A stretch of DNA of 64,000 nucleotides from Cyanobacteria bacterium P01_A01_bin.123 (GTDB lineage: Bacteria > Cyanobacteriota > Cyanobacteriia > Phormidesmidales > Phormidesmidaceae), in NCBI GenBank assembly GCA_039815185.1, contig JBCBZT010000003.1, positions 64,001 to 128,000 on the forward strand, written 5' to 3'. The translations under genes and the position numbers were made by a program. Shown piece by piece: positions 29,901-40,861 of this stretch; within the stretch, counting starts at the first letter, position 1; the number at the start of each line of letters is the position of its first letter. The notes below the pieces were generated by a model. That model ran no database searches and was not told the origin of the DNA. It saw nothing but the letters and a program-made list of their open reading frames with translations.

Positions 29901-31478
29901 TTAAAGCGATCGCATCTCTGAAATCGGCTGGGCCGGAGCCGACATTGGGTCGCTACCACCCATACCGACTTCAAAGATCGTCATCATCGAGTGATCTTCG
30001 TGCACCAGGTTGTGACAGTGCATCATGAACTTGCCATTGATGTACGCCCCATCGCGGGTGCCAAACTTACCGATAATCCGCACCGTCTCAAACTCACCCA
30101 CATGGAATACATCCTTCCAACCCCGTTCATAGGGACGGGGAGATAAGCCATTGCGGCTCAACATTTGCATATCGATCAGATGAATGTGAATCGGATGAAA
30201 CCAACCACTGCCTGGATTGACCAATTCCCAAATTTCCACATCCCCAGGCTCTGGATTAGCCATGACAAAGTTGGGATTCCATTCGTGGTTATTGATTACC
30301 CAACGGTTAAAGTTACGGGCAAACCGGAAATTTCGAGTGCGTACGGCATTTTCAGGCGATAAGCGTTCCACAGGACGTAAGGTATCTGGCAGTTGACTAT
30401 CGTCTGGTTCCTCACGTACGACGTCGAACCGCATCAGCGTATGGATCCGGTCGTCGGTATCAATGCTGCCCGTAAAGCCAATATTCTTCAGATAGATCGA
30501 GCTGCCCACGGGGTATCGAGCAAAGTCGATCATGACCTCGTAACGCTCGGCCATGCCAATTTCGAGCACCTGGTAGGGCGTCTTAACCTCAACAGGCTCC
30601 CCCAGCAATCCACCGTCAGAGCCAATCACGATCAGCGTTTCTCCCAGAGTCAAGCGCCGTTCATCTTGACTGAGAGCCAGGTTATATCCCCGTGACCCAG
30701 AGGCATTCAAAATCCGGAATCGATACTTGCGATTCGCCACGGCCATGCGCGGCCAGGGAACGCCATTCACTAAAGCGACATCCCCATAGAGGCTTCTTTC
30801 GCCGCGATCGTCAAACACCATCCGACCCTTGGTGTCAAAGAAAGCATCCTGAAGAATCAACGGTACATCGTAGGCCCCTTTCGGTAGAGACAAACCTTGC
30901 TCCACCTGATCCTCAACGATGTACATCCCTGCTAGCCCCCGATAGACATTACGAGAGGTCTTGTCGATGGCGTGATCGTGGTACCAAATTGTCGCGGCCC
31001 GATCGTTGGGATAAATATAGTCTTTGAAATAGCCAGGGGGAATCAAGTCTTCGGCAAAGCCATCATATTGAGGCAGTGAAGCCATGCCATGCAGATGGGT
31101 CACCGTGCTGATATCTTCACCCTGTTCATCTTGCCCCAGTTGATTAATAAACCGGACGACAGATTGACGACCCCCTTCACTACGCTTGCCCCCCTGCTGT
31201 CGAATCGTTGGCCCAGGATACAGCCCGTTATAGCCCCAAATTTCGGTTTGATTCCCTGGGACAACATTGGCCAGGGCTTTTTGAACCTGAATCTCGTAGT
31301 AATCAGTGGTGGCATCACTACGAACTGGTTTCAATTCAGGCGGTACCTGAAACGGCAACTGAAACCTGGGCATTTGTGGACTTAACGCCCAAGCAGGGCG
31401 TGGAACACTGAACGGAGCGGTCAACAGCGTGCCACCCAGCATTCCCCATCTCAGAAAATCACGTCGATTTAAAGACAT
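29901..31478 (-). CDS. Tat-exported multicopper oxidase (CotA/bilirubin oxidase-like)
   Basis: NRRDFL Tat motif; HLHG, WYHDH, HPIHIH and HCHNLVHEDHSMM copper motifs. Confidence 0.92.
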   Translation of the reverse strand: MSLNRRDFLRWGMLGGTLLTAPFSVPRPAWALSPQMPRFQLPFQVPPELKPVRSDATTDYYEIQVQKALANVVPGNQTEIWGYNGLYPGPTIRQQGGKRSEGGRQSVVRFINQLGQDEQGEDISTVTHLHGMASLPQYDGFAEDLIPPGYFKDYIYPNDRAATIWYHDHAIDKTSRNVYRGLAGMYIVEDQVEQGLSLPKGAYDVPLILQDAFFDTKGRMVFDDRGERSLYGDVALVNGVPWPRMAVANRKYRFRILNASGSRGYNLALSQDERRLTLGETLIVIGSDGGLLGEPVEVKTPYQVLEIGMAERYEVMIDFARYPVGSSIYLKNIGFTGSIDTDDRIHTLMRFDVVREEPDDSQLPDTLRPVERLSPENAVRTRNFRFARNFNRWVINNHEWNPNFVMANPEPGDVEIWELVNPGSGWFHPIHIHLIDMQMLSRNGLSPRPYERGWKDVFHVGEFETVRIIGKFGTRDGAYINGKFMMHCHNLVHEDHSMMTIFEVGMGGSDPMSAPAQPISEMRSL

Positions 31479-31674
31479 TGGTATGGCCAGACTCTTCCAA
31501 CTAGCATGGCCTTTGAGATTGAACCAACGCTCCGAATATTGCAAAGACGTTAGAAATTGGAATTTAAGTTAAGCCGTTTCAGAAATCTCCGCGTCTCAAT
31601 CCAGATGGATTAGGGTATCCTTGCGAAGGCAGAATGGCAAACTGCTGTACTGATAGGCGTTTGGTGCAAAACCT

Positions 31675-33030
31675 ATGGGACAGATTTTCATTTCAGCAGG
31701 ACACGGTGGGTTAGAAAACGGTGTGGTAGATCCGGGGGTAACCGCTAGCGGGACGACCGAAGCCCAGGAAATGATTCGTCTGCGCGATTTTATTGTGCCG
31801 GAGCTGCGATCGCGTAACTTTACCGTGTTCTCTGTGCCTGATGATCTGAGCGCAAACGGCACCATAGATTGGATTAACGCCCGCTGTCAACAAGGAGATG
31901 TAGCCCTTGAAATTCATGCCGGAGCATCAGGCGATACGGCGGCGCGGGGGGCAACGGCCTATCACATTGCCAATAATGAAGCTCGCAAAGCCCATGCGGA
32001 GTTGTTGCTGTTGGCACTGCTAAGGCGGGTACCTCAATTGCCCAGTCGAGGAACAAAACCTGATACCAGTTCAGGGCTAGGGAGTTTGGCATTTTGCCGC
32101 CAGCTACAGTGTCCATCACTGTTAATGGAGGTGGCTTACCTTACCAATCCCCAAGATTGGGATTTACTGCAAAATCGCATTCGTGAATTTGCCCTGGGTA
32201 TTGCTGATGGTACGGCGTCTTGGAGTCGTGCCATTGAAAATCAGGTCACTGATGTTTCAGGTACCCTTCCAGAAATCAGCATCAGTGTCAATGGTGGCGT
32301 CTACGATGAGCGTGGCCTAATTATTAACGACAATGCCTACGTGCCCATTGACTTGGTTGATCAGTTAGGGGTGGACTTAGCTACCAATAGCCAGGTGCGC
32401 CGGATACGCTATCGCAATGTGGTTTATGTCAAAGCAGTGGATCTTCGAAGTTTTAATATTTCTGTGGGTTGGAACGCTGAAACTCGCACAGTACTGCTCA
32501 AATCTATGAGCGTGCTGCAGCTATGCCCAGGGTTGATTGACAGCATCATGGGCCATGGCAAAACCTCAGAGGTGCAGTTGAGTCTGTTCCTGAAATCTAA
32601 CAACGATACAGCGCTTGAACAGTTTCCTGACCTGCCCAAACTGTATCGCGAAGAAGGGGCGATCGAGGGAATTAACTACGACATTGCCTTTGCCCAAATG
32701 TGTGTCGAAACCAATTTTTTGCGATTTGGCGGCATCATTATTCCGGCCCAAAATAACTTTGCTGGATTGGGAGATGCCGATGGTGGCCCAGAGGGTGCAA
32801 CCTTTGCCAGTGCCCGGATTGGTGTGCGGGCCCAGATCCAGCACTTGAAAGCCTATGCCAGCGTTGAACCCCTAGTGCAGGAATTGGTTGATCCGCGATT
32901 CCGATTTATTAGTCGCGGTGTGGCACCGTTAGTCAATCAACTCAGCGGACGTTGGGCTGCAGATCCCCAATATGGCCAAAAAATCATGTCGCAGGTGCGG
33001 CGGCTCTATGAGTCAGCGGGCTTGCTTTGA
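31675..33030 (+). CDS. N-acetylmuramoyl-L-alanine amidase plus glucosaminidase (TftA-like)
   Basis: IFISAGHGG..DPG, EIHA and LLMEV amidase_3 motifs; AFAQMCVETNFL..QNNFAGLG..WAADPQYG glucosaminidase-like domain. Confidence 0.85.
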   Translation: MGQIFISAGHGGLENGVVDPGVTASGTTEAQEMIRLRDFIVPELRSRNFTVFSVPDDLSANGTIDWINARCQQGDVALEIHAGASGDTAARGATAYHIANNEARKAHAELLLLALLRRVPQLPSRGTKPDTSSGLGSLAFCRQLQCPSLLMEVAYLTNPQDWDLLQNRIREFALGIADGTASWSRAIENQVTDVSGTLPEISISVNGGVYDERGLIINDNAYVPIDLVDQLGVDLATNSQVRRIRYRNVVYVKAVDLRSFNISVGWNAETRTVLLKSMSVLQLCPGLIDSIMGHGKTSEVQLSLFLKSNNDTALEQFPDLPKLYREEGAIEGINYDIAFAQMCVETNFLRFGGIIIPAQNNFAGLGDADGGPEGATFASARIGVRAQIQHLKAYASVEPLVQELVDPRFRFISRGVAPLVNQLSGRWAADPQYGQKIMSQVRRLYESAGLL

Positions 33031-33261
33031 TGGTCGACTAAGCTGAATCGACAGATGCCTAGCGAGTAACCCTCATATATTTTCTGGATTGACTCAGGAT
33101 AAATGTTGATGAAAAAATTCTTGGCCATAGAACCTGAGCGTAATAAATGCGTCCTGTAGAAAGAACAGATTAAGACTGCTGATACCGTGTAAAAACGATC
33201 TCGATTCTAATTATGATGCTATGTTAATTGCTCAAAATTTTTGACTTCATGGGTGCTTCTG

Positions 33262-33321
33262 CCAAGTCCAGTTTGCGGTCAGGTGTGCTGCCTTGAGAAA
33301 AGCTGATCGGACTGGACTCGG
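33262..33321. repeat. Degenerate CCAAGTCCAG...CTGGACT hairpin element
   Basis: CCAAGTCCAGTT ... GACTGGACTCGG termini resemble those of 7045-7107. Confidence 0.55.
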
Positions 33322-33379
33322 ACAAGATCGAGTTTGTTGATAGTGTCTACCTTGCTCGTTGTTTCAACGTTTTGAAGCT

Positions 33380-34537
33380 ATGGCTTTGACTTCATCTACC
33401 TGGTCTAATCGGTGCTTTAAGCTGTCCCACTGGGTTGGGCTGAAAACCGCACCATGGTTGTTGGCGCTGCTGACTTGGGGCGCGATCGCGCTACCCGCTA
33501 AAGCTGACTTAGAACTCAGGGTTGCAGTTCGCAGTGGCGTGAGTCAGTTAATTCTCGGCAGCTCTACGCCAGCTGCTATTCGTGATGGCTCAGGCCGGAC
33601 CCTAAACCAAATCCAAGGCGGGCAGGCTCTAGAAGCATCCCTTTCGAACGGACGTATTATCCTGGGCGAATGGCAAGGCTCAGGCTTTTGGGTAGAACCG
33701 ACAAATGGGGGATACGTCTACATTGGCGATCGCTGGTATCGCGGTCGCGTCTTCGCCACCCTTGGTGAAGGGGGCATTATTGCAGTTAATTACGTGGATT
33801 TAGAGCATTACCTCTACAGTGTGTTGGGGGGTGAAATGCCGACCAACTGGCCCCTGGATGCCCTGCAAGCTCAGGCCGTTGCTGCCCGTTCCTATGCTTT
33901 GCACCAGCGTCAATCTTCTGGCAATGCACTGTATGACGTTGGTGCTACGACCACTTGGCAAGTTTATCGGGGCCTGATCGAAGAAACTGATACAACCCGG
34001 GCTGCTGTTACAGCAACGGAAGGCCAAGTGTTGACCTACAATGGCCAGATTATTGAAGCCGTCTTTCACTCCTCTTCAGGGGGCCACACCGAAAATGTTG
34101 AAGACGTTTGGATGCAGCCCCTACCCTATTTGCGAGGCGTTAGCGACTACGACGAAGGGGCGCCCGTCTATCAATGGACTGTAGATTTTTCCAATGCGCA
34201 ATTTCAGGCAAGAATTCCAGGAATCGGCGACTTAATTGCGGCTGTCCCAGACCGCACAACCCCCCGAGGCCGCGTGGTTAGCATGCGTCTTGAGGGCAGT
34301 TCAGGCACTCGGACACTAAGCGGTAACGAAATTCGGCAAGCCCTAGGGTTACGCAGTACCCTATTTGCGATTACGCCCATGGCAGGAGGTGTTCAGGTAT
34401 CGGGTCGCGGGTTTGGCCATGGCATTGGCATGAGCCAGTGGGGAGCCCACAACCTGGCTGCCAGTGGTGCAACCTATGATCAGATTTTGGCTCACTACTA
34501 CCAGGGTGCATCTTTAGCCCTAATTCAAGTCGAATAG
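33380..34537 (+). CDS. SpoIID/LytB-domain lytic transglycosylase
   Basis: VNYVDLEHYL..EMP..W..ALQAQAVAARSYA, QVYRG, GFGHGIGMSQWGA, ILAHYYQG. Confidence 0.92.
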   Translation: MALTSSTWSNRCFKLSHWVGLKTAPWLLALLTWGAIALPAKADLELRVAVRSGVSQLILGSSTPAAIRDGSGRTLNQIQGGQALEASLSNGRIILGEWQGSGFWVEPTNGGYVYIGDRWYRGRVFATLGEGGIIAVNYVDLEHYLYSVLGGEMPTNWPLDALQAQAVAARSYALHQRQSSGNALYDVGATTTWQVYRGLIEETDTTRAAVTATEGQVLTYNGQIIEAVFHSSSGGHTENVEDVWMQPLPYLRGVSDYDEGAPVYQWTVDFSNAQFQARIPGIGDLIAAVPDRTTPRGRVVSMRLEGSSGTRTLSGNEIRQALGLRSTLFAITPMAGGVQVSGRGFGHGIGMSQWGAHNLAASGATYDQILAHYYQGASLALIQVE

Positions 34538-34546
34538 GGGCTTCAT

Positions 34547-35257
34547 TCAATCAACCCAGCCGATTTCTTCGTCGGTAAGCATCGTCGGTTTTGGGCCAGA
34601 CTGGATGACATAGGCCGGTAAAGGGGGAATGCGGCTAGCATTGGGATGCCTGTTATCTGCAGGACGTGTAATGCTGAGGGGTTGCTTGGTGGGTTTTGAT
34701 TCGGCAGGTGCCTTAGCTAGCGTTGATGGCGTCTTTGCCTGCTGATTGAGCTGGCGGATGGTTTGCTTAGCCGTTTCCAGTTCTTCAGAAAGTTTCGTGA
34801 ACGCTTGGGCCTTGCTTTTAGCTTCAGTTTGGGCCGATTCTAAATTCTCCTTAAGCTGAAAAATTAGAGCTTGCTGCTTTTCTAAATCAGCTTTGAGCCC
34901 AGTGACCTGTTTTTGCAGCGGATTTTCCTGTCCTTCGACAGCGGCTAACTGTTTTTTGAGATCAGCCACTTGCTTCTCTAAGTCAGCTTTGGTTGGGGCT
35001 CGACTGCTGCGACTGGTTGTGGTTTTTGCTTGGCTGGTAGATCTGCTGGCTGAGCGGCGTCGCGCTGGCGTTCGTTTGGAAGTATTGGCGTCTGGCATGG
35101 CGTTCGTCGAGGCGGTAGCCTCGGATGAGTCTACGGGGTTAACAGGATCGCGTTGGTCTGCAGCAGCGGGTTGATCAGCGAGCGGGGGCATTATGGACTG
35201 CTCGGTGGGTTTATCCACCTCTTCGCGGAGCAAATCAGATAAGCGTTTTTTAGGCAT
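34547..35257 (-). CDS. mcdB: McdB-like carboxysome positioning protein
   Basis: Charged N-terminus [13 protein letters not shown], central coiled coil, C-terminal IGWVD with Trp; start overlaps the ParA-like gene stop. Confidence 0.7.
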   Translation of the reverse strand: MPKKRLSDLLREEVDKPTEQSIMPPLADQPAAADQRDPVNPVDSSEATASTNAMPDANTSKRTPARRRSASRSTSQAKTTTSRSSRAPTKADLEKQVADLKKQLAAVEGQENPLQKQVTGLKADLEKQQALIFQLKENLESAQTEAKSKAQAFTKLSEELETAKQTIRQLNQQAKTPSTLAKAPAESKPTKQPLSITRPADNRHPNASRIPPLPAYVIQSGPKPTMLTDEEIGWVD

Positions 35258-35909
35258 ATTTCCAGTCTCGCTGTATTTCATCGGCAACGCGGCAGTAGTC
35301 AGCTTTGGCTTCTTGGGCGTTTTTGCCGCGCCACTGGGCAATTGCGACGCCTTCTAAAGCCGCCCGCTCATGGGCTTTGTAGGTGCGGACAAAAGCATGG
35401 CAAGCCGGGATATTGAGTTCCATCAAGGTATTTTGAGCATCCAGGGCTTCTCCGAGGCTGCGGGAATCTACTTTGGTGAGTAATACCCGGTGGGCTACCC
35501 CAGCAGGGGTTACCGCTTCTCGAACAGTGGTCACCAGGGCGGCTAAATCCATTGGGGCAGGTGGGGTGGGTAGCAGCAGATAATCCGCGATCGGCACGAC
35601 AGTGGCCAAGGTTTTGGAATTAAGTGCAGGGGGCGTGTCTACGACAACCAGTTCATAGTCTTGAAGTGCTTTGAGTTTGCCTAACAGCTTGGGATTGGTC
35701 TCTTTAGATGTATCAAAGGTTGGTGCTGTTTTACCCCGTTCAACCCACCAAGAGGCCGAACCTTGGGGATCCGCATCGACAAGCAGTACCGACATGGTTT
35801 CTGAAAAAATTGCCGCCAGGTTAACTGCGGTGGTAGTTTTACCGACGCCACCCTTGCCGTTTAAGATGACTAAGACCTTTGTGGGCACCTTGGCAGGCGA
35901 TCGCGTCAC
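35250..35909 (-). CDS. mcdA: ParA/MinD-family ATPase, McdA-like
   Basis: Deviant Walker [20 protein letters not shown] double-Trp, VVDTPP; coupled to the coiled-coil partner. Confidence 0.75.
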   Translation of the reverse strand: MTRSPAKVPTKVLVILNGKGGVGKTTTAVNLAAIFSETMSVLLVDADPQGSASWWVERGKTAPTFDTSKETNPKLLGKLKALQDYELVVVDTPPALNSKTLATVVPIADYLLLPTPPAPMDLAALVTTVREAVTPAGVAHRVLLTKVDSRSLGEALDAQNTLMELNIPACHAFVRTYKAHERAALEGVAIAQWRGKNAQEAKADYCRVADEIQRDWKYA

Positions 35910-36079
35910 TCCCTCTCTCCTTGGCAGTCATTCGGTACTGACAGGTTGACTATAGCGCGACATCTCGATCAAAATTCACTGGCCATAAAGAAACGCTAAT
36001 ATTTGTAGCATCGATTACCCTACCTTCGGCGGATCGAGGACACTGCGTCGGTAAGATATAAGTAATTTAAGCTTTGTCT

Positions 36080-36132
36080 TAAGTCCAGACTTGGAGTGTA
36101 GTAGGGAAATTTTAGATTCTGAGCTGGACTTA
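36080..36132. repeat. Degenerate AAGTCCAG...CTGGACTT hairpin element
   Basis: TAAGTCCAG..TGGAGT ... CTGGACTTA resembles 7045-7107. Confidence 0.5.
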
Positions 36133-36175
36133 GTTTAAGCAAAAACGTTGCCTCAGCCTATTTATAAAAAAGACT

Positions 36176-37735
36176 ATGCAATTCAATCGCCCGATCTTAA
36201 TTGGTGGACTTGGCCTCTCAGCCAGTCTGTGGCTCTTAGACGTCGTGAACCATTCGATTATGGACGGTTCTACGCTAATGGGCGCGATCGCAGTTGGGTC
36301 GGGCGTTTGGTGGTGGCGCAAACGATTTGGCCAGGACACAGCCGCGATCGCTGCCGCTCCGCTAGTTGATCGGGCTTTGGTAGAGCAACGGTTACAGCGG
36401 GTTGAGCAAATTTTAGCAACTTGGACTGAAGAAATTGACACCTTAGAAGCGGCAAAGCAAGCATCCCTGCGCCAACAAATCGACCATGCTGAAGCTCAAC
36501 GCCAACAGCTTGGAGATGACCTCGATCGCCAGCAATTAGCCTTCACCATTGCAGGGGAAAAGGCTGTGGGCAAAACGGCGCTAATGAGTCATTTGAATCA
36601 ACAATGGCAAGCGCCTGCCCCCTATCAAGTGGATGTGAAAGAACAAGTGCTTCCAGACGCGGCTAAAGGTGACGATGCCGAGCCTCTCTCAGCTAAAGCT
36701 GCGATCCCCTCAGCCGACCTAGTGATTTTTTTGACGGCGGGCGACCTGACCGATTCAGAATTTCAACAGCTTCAAAGCTTTGTACAGCAGGGACAACGAT
36801 TCTTAATTGGCCTGAATAAACAGGACAGCCTGCCCCCCCTTGACCGGGCCGTGGTGCAACAGCAGTTACAAACCCGCCTGGCCCAACTCCAGGTTGAATC
36901 CCCTGTGATGACCTTAGCCGCAGCCCCCAAACCGATGAAACTGCGACGCCATCAGACTGACGGTACTGTCGAAGAAACGCTGACTCAACCGGAACCCGAC
37001 ACTGCCGACCTGCAGCAATACCTAAGCCAGCTGGTGCGGCAAGACGCGGCCCAGCTTGTGCTCGAAACCACCCTACGTCAAGCAGAGGCCCTACGGCGTA
37101 AAGTCCAAACTCAGATCAATGCACTGAAACGCGATCGCGCTTTGCCCATCATTACCCAGTTCCAATGGTTGTCGGGGGCAGCAGCCTTTGCCAATCCAGT
37201 CCCCACCTTAGACCTAGTAGCTACCGCTGCGATCACGGCTCAGTTGATCGTGGATTTAGGCGAGGTCTACGACCGGAAATTTTCCCTTGAGCAAGCCAAA
37301 ACTGCTGCGGGTACTCTGGCGAGTCTCGTGATTAAGTTGGGCTTGGTAGAACTTTCCACCGAAGCGCTGGCAGGGCTGCTAAAAAGCAACAGCGCCACTT
37401 ACTTGGCTGGGGGATTAATCCAGGGAGTCAGTGCCGCCTACCTTACCCGGTTGGCAGGGCTAGGGCTGGTGGAATGGTTCGAAGTCCAAACCCTGGAAGA
37501 TGCGCCGCAAAAAGATCTAAACTTTGCACTAGAGAATTTAGGCGAACGGTTGCGTACGCTGTTTGAGCAAACCAAAGGTAGCTTGCTCCCCACGCTGATG
37601 CAGCAGGGGTTAACTCGATGGATGGGGGCAGCGCGATCGCTACCAGCGGGAAATCCACCCTTATCACTCGAAGCGACAGGCGCTACGCTGACGACACAAG
37701 CTGATTCGTCCACAGTGGAATTTTCTGCCCCTTGA
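36176..37735 (+). CDS. DUF697/YcjF-domain protein with a degenerate GTPase domain
   Basis: GEKAVGKT, DLVIFLTAGDLT..E, LNKQD, ANPVPTLDL. Confidence 0.75.
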   Translation: MQFNRPILIGGLGLSASLWLLDVVNHSIMDGSTLMGAIAVGSGVWWWRKRFGQDTAAIAAAPLVDRALVEQRLQRVEQILATWTEEIDTLEAAKQASLRQQIDHAEAQRQQLGDDLDRQQLAFTIAGEKAVGKTALMSHLNQQWQAPAPYQVDVKEQVLPDAAKGDDAEPLSAKAAIPSADLVIFLTAGDLTDSEFQQLQSFVQQGQRFLIGLNKQDSLPPLDRAVVQQQLQTRLAQLQVESPVMTLAAAPKPMKLRRHQTDGTVEETLTQPEPDTADLQQYLSQLVRQDAAQLVLETTLRQAEALRRKVQTQINALKRDRALPIITQFQWLSGAAAFANPVPTLDLVATAAITAQLIVDLGEVYDRKFSLEQAKTAAGTLASLVIKLGLVELSTEALAGLLKSNSATYLAGGLIQGVSAAYLTRLAGLGLVEWFEVQTLEDAPQKDLNFALENLGERLRTLFEQTKGSLLPTLMQQGLTRWMGAARSLPAGNPPLSLEATGATLTTQADSSTVEFSAP

Positions 37736-39195
37736 GTGCGCCCTCCTCAAATTTTGACCCAAGCTCGTCCGCTGCACAAACGCCTCGCGGGCAAGTCAGT
37801 GATGGCCCGCTCCCAGCCTATCTAGAACAGTCTCGGGCTAGCTTGAAGCGGGCGATCGCGCGATTTAGCCCCAATCTACATCTGGCGCGCTCGGGTAACG
37901 ATAGCTTGCAGCATCAAGCCGCGATTAAACAGGGCATAGAGCAGCTTACTGCTCTAACTCACAAGCTTGACAGTGCGGTATTGCGGGTCGCCGTCTTTGG
38001 CTTAGTCAGTCGAGGCAAATCGGCGGTGATCAATGCCCTCATGGGTGAAAAACTGCTGCAAACCGGGCCGCTCAATGGCGTCACCCAGTGGCCCCGCTCA
38101 GTTTACTGGTCGCCCCCAGTAGAAGCACCCTACGATCGCGATCGCCCGCTGCAACTTGAACTGATTGACACCCCAGGGTTGAATGAAATTGCGGGCCAAA
38201 GCCGAGCCGCCATGGCCCAGGAGATTGTGCAACAGGCCGATCTGATCTTATTTGTGGTGGCGGGAGACATTACCCGCACCGAATATCAAGCCCTGGCTGA
38301 ACTCAAACGCAGTCAAAAACCGCTACTGCTGGTTTTCAACAAGGTTGATCTCTACCCCGACACCGACCGCACCGCGATTGAACGCAACCTGCAAGCCCTA
38401 TGGGAACAGTCTGACACTGTGGACACCAAAACCGTGTTGTCGATAGATGACATTGTTTGCGTCGCCGCCGATCCAGCCCCATTGCCTGTGCAAATAGAGT
38501 GGCCCGATGGCCGCACCAGCCAAGAATGGGAAACCCCAGCCCCAGACATTGAAGCGCTCAAGTCAGCGCTATTGGCCATCGTGCGACAGGACGGCAAAAT
38601 TTTGCTCGCGCTCAACGCCCTGTATCAGGCCAGCCATGTCGAATCAAAGCTAGCTACTGAAGCGATCGCACTGCATCAATCAGATGCCGATACCCTAATC
38701 TGGCAGTTTGCCAAATACAAAGCGATCGCAGTAGCGCTAAACCCCATCGTCGGCCTAGATATGGTAGGCGGCATCGCCACCGATTTGGCAATGATTCGCG
38801 CTTTAGCCAAACTCTACAGCTTGCCAATGACAGGCTACGAAGCCGGAAAACTTTGGCAATCGATCCTCCGCAGTTCTGGGGCAACGCTTTTGAGTGAGTT
38901 GGGTAGCGGCCTACTACTTGGGTTTGGCAAAAGTGCTGCCGCCGTCACCAGCTTATTTGACGGCACCGTCGGCGCTACAGCGTTATTGGGGGCGATGACT
39001 GCCCAAGCCGGCGCCGCAGGTTACGGCACCTACACTGTGGGCTACGCAGCAAAACGCTATCTAGAACAGGGCTGCACTTGGGGTCGCGAAGGCGTCAACA
39101 CAGTCATGCAAGACATTCTAACCCAAATCGAACCCGACTCCACCCTGCAACGACTCCAGCGCGAAATAAATCAACTGATCGAAAATAACCCATAA
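37732..39195 (+). CDS. Era-like GTP-binding protein with DUF697
   Basis: GLVSRGKS (G1), DTPG (G3), NKVD (G4), LNPIVGLD. Confidence 0.85.
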   Translation: MSAPSSNFDPSSSAAQTPRGQVSDGPLPAYLEQSRASLKRAIARFSPNLHLARSGNDSLQHQAAIKQGIEQLTALTHKLDSAVLRVAVFGLVSRGKSAVINALMGEKLLQTGPLNGVTQWPRSVYWSPPVEAPYDRDRPLQLELIDTPGLNEIAGQSRAAMAQEIVQQADLILFVVAGDITRTEYQALAELKRSQKPLLLVFNKVDLYPDTDRTAIERNLQALWEQSDTVDTKTVLSIDDIVCVAADPAPLPVQIEWPDGRTSQEWETPAPDIEALKSALLAIVRQDGKILLALNALYQASHVESKLATEAIALHQSDADTLIWQFAKYKAIAVALNPIVGLDMVGGIATDLAMIRALAKLYSLPMTGYEAGKLWQSILRSSGATLLSELGSGLLLGFGKSAAAVTSLFDGTVGATALLGAMTAQAGAAGYGTYTVGYAAKRYLEQGCTWGREGVNTVMQDILTQIEPDSTLQRLQREINQLIENNP

Positions 39196-39241
39196 CTCAT
39201 CCTCCCCTATTTCCCCATCACCTCCTTAACTTCCAACCGCC

Positions 39242-39496
39242 ATGTCCAACCAACCAACCCCTTCCCAAAAATCCATTTGGCAATACAAACCCTGGTGGTG
39301 TCAGCCCTGGTCAATTTTGCTCACGGGTAACGGATTGATTGCTGCCAGTTGGTTGGGGTTCCATCGGTACTGGTTTACAGGTGTTGTTGCCCTGCCACTG
39401 TTAGTCTGGATGGGATTTTTTCTTTTGGTTTATCCCAAAGCGATCGCAGAGAGTGGTTTACTCGATGAATTGGCCCAACAGAAAATCCAAAACTGA
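39242..39496 (+). CDS. Small conserved cyanobacterial membrane protein
   Basis: WQYKPWWCQPWSILLTG motif and two TM segments. Confidence 0.75.
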   Translation: MSNQPTPSQKSIWQYKPWWCQPWSILLTGNGLIAASWLGFHRYWFTGVVALPLLVWMGFFLLVYPKAIAESGLLDELAQQKIQN

Positions 39497-39694
39497 TTGA
39501 CCCAACGAGATTGACCCAACAATACGGGCCGTTAACCGTAGACTTAACAGCGGATTTGGGAAAAATTGATTTAACTCAAGTAGTTGGAACGCCAACTTGA
39601 TGGGTTCTTAAAGCTGGCAACCACGGCGGAAACAATTCGGGTTCAATTGGGCGTCATGGAAACTGTAGCCAGGCTAACAAGTAGGATTGGGATT

Positions 39695-40336
39695 ATGGGT
39701 TGGATGACGCGGATACAATGGGGACTACTGAGTGCGATCGCTTCAATAGGCATCCTCACCGGGGCCAAACCAGCGGCGGCGGCAGAAACAATTACGCTGA
39801 AATACGGGTTTTTGACCCTGGGGTTTCCCGTTGAAGATTTGTCGACCCTAGCCGAAACGGGGCGCGCTTCATTACCCCTCCAGTTTTATTTGAGTGCAGC
39901 AGGCACCTCTCCTGATGAATTTCGCCAAGTGCTTAACCGGGGCATCAACGTTAGTCCCGTCTCCAGTCAAACTGTTCGCGACATCCTGCCCGATGCAGAA
40001 ATGCTAGACGCACTGCCGTTCGCCGACGTATTGCTGAGCCAGTTACCGTTAGAGGGCTTACTTGAGCAATCCCTACTTAGCATCTTTACTAGCAGCTTAG
40101 GCGAAGCCGCCCTAGCCCAACTCGATGGTGCCCTCTATTCCGCCGAGGGTGGTGAGAACCTGCAAAATATAAGTACAGCCTTGATCACAGCAGCTGTTGA
40201 TGATGGCAATATCACGCTGATGGAAGTGATCGAAGACTACCCCGAAGATGAAATTGTCCTCGACGGCGACCTCATCCTAGAGGCTTACGGTCAACTAGGC
40301 GAACTACTAGAGCAATTTGGCACCGCCTCGTTATAG
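39695..40336 (+). CDS. DUF1400-like (alpha/beta-hydrolase-associated) exported protein
   Basis: Signal peptide ending AAA-AETITLKYG, VEDLSTLAETG, ITLMEVIEDYP; start uncertain. Confidence 0.65.
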   Translation: MGWMTRIQWGLLSAIASIGILTGAKPAAAAETITLKYGFLTLGFPVEDLSTLAETGRASLPLQFYLSAAGTSPDEFRQVLNRGINVSPVSSQTVRDILPDAEMLDALPFADVLLSQLPLEGLLEQSLLSIFTSSLGEAALAQLDGALYSAEGGENLQNISTALITAAVDDGNITLMEVIEDYPEDEIVLDGDLILEAYGQLGELLEQFGTASL

Positions 40337-40348
40337 GTAGACCGCGTA

Positions 40349-40740
40349 TTACTCAAACCAATTGTCTAACTGTAATCCCTGGAAGCTTTCATAACCTGAA
40401 GAGACGTTGTCGGCGGTAACCAGGCTCAGCTGATTATGGCGGTGATCGCGGCAATTCGTCCATCAATATAGGGTGGTGTTCTACCCTGTTTACTGAGCCT
40501 TTCGCTTTCAATCGCATGCCAGTTTGCCGCTGCATCGTCGTAGAGAAGAATAGGAAGCATGCTTTCAATCTTTTGTCGGAGATAGGCTGCGCCGCTTTTT
40601 TGTAAGACTCTGGCATGGTTAAGTAACCAAATTTCAACTCGTGATAAGTTGCCGACGTGGTTGTGAGTGCTTTTCCGTTCTGGATTAATAACTTGTGAGT
40701 TAGCGGTTGCTATCAGTTGGACTGTCCTTGAAGACAATCT
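40349..40740 (-). pseudogene. vapC: Frameshifted VapC/PIN toxin remnant
   Basis: Fragments in different frames: HELKFG..MPES; ILLYDDAAA..DGRIAA; LVTADN..FQGLQLDNWFE*. Confidence 0.7.
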
Positions 40741-40861
40741 ATTGGGATACCCCCATTAGGAGCAACTTAATCGACTAATCCTATGAGTCATTGATTAAGG
40801 GGACGAAGCTTTTGGAGCGGGTTATCCTTTAAAAAGCGTTCTGCCTACATTGCTGCTCAAT

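Noticed and set aside
36005..36018. GTA-N8-TAC (NtcA-like) site between mcdA and the DUF697 gene
   Set aside because: No -10 box at the canonical ~22-nt distance on either strand, and the short motif is expected by chance
39495..39520. Direct repeat GATTGACCCAAC x2
   Set aside because: Only two units with a 2-nt spacer; a local duplication, not a CRISPR array
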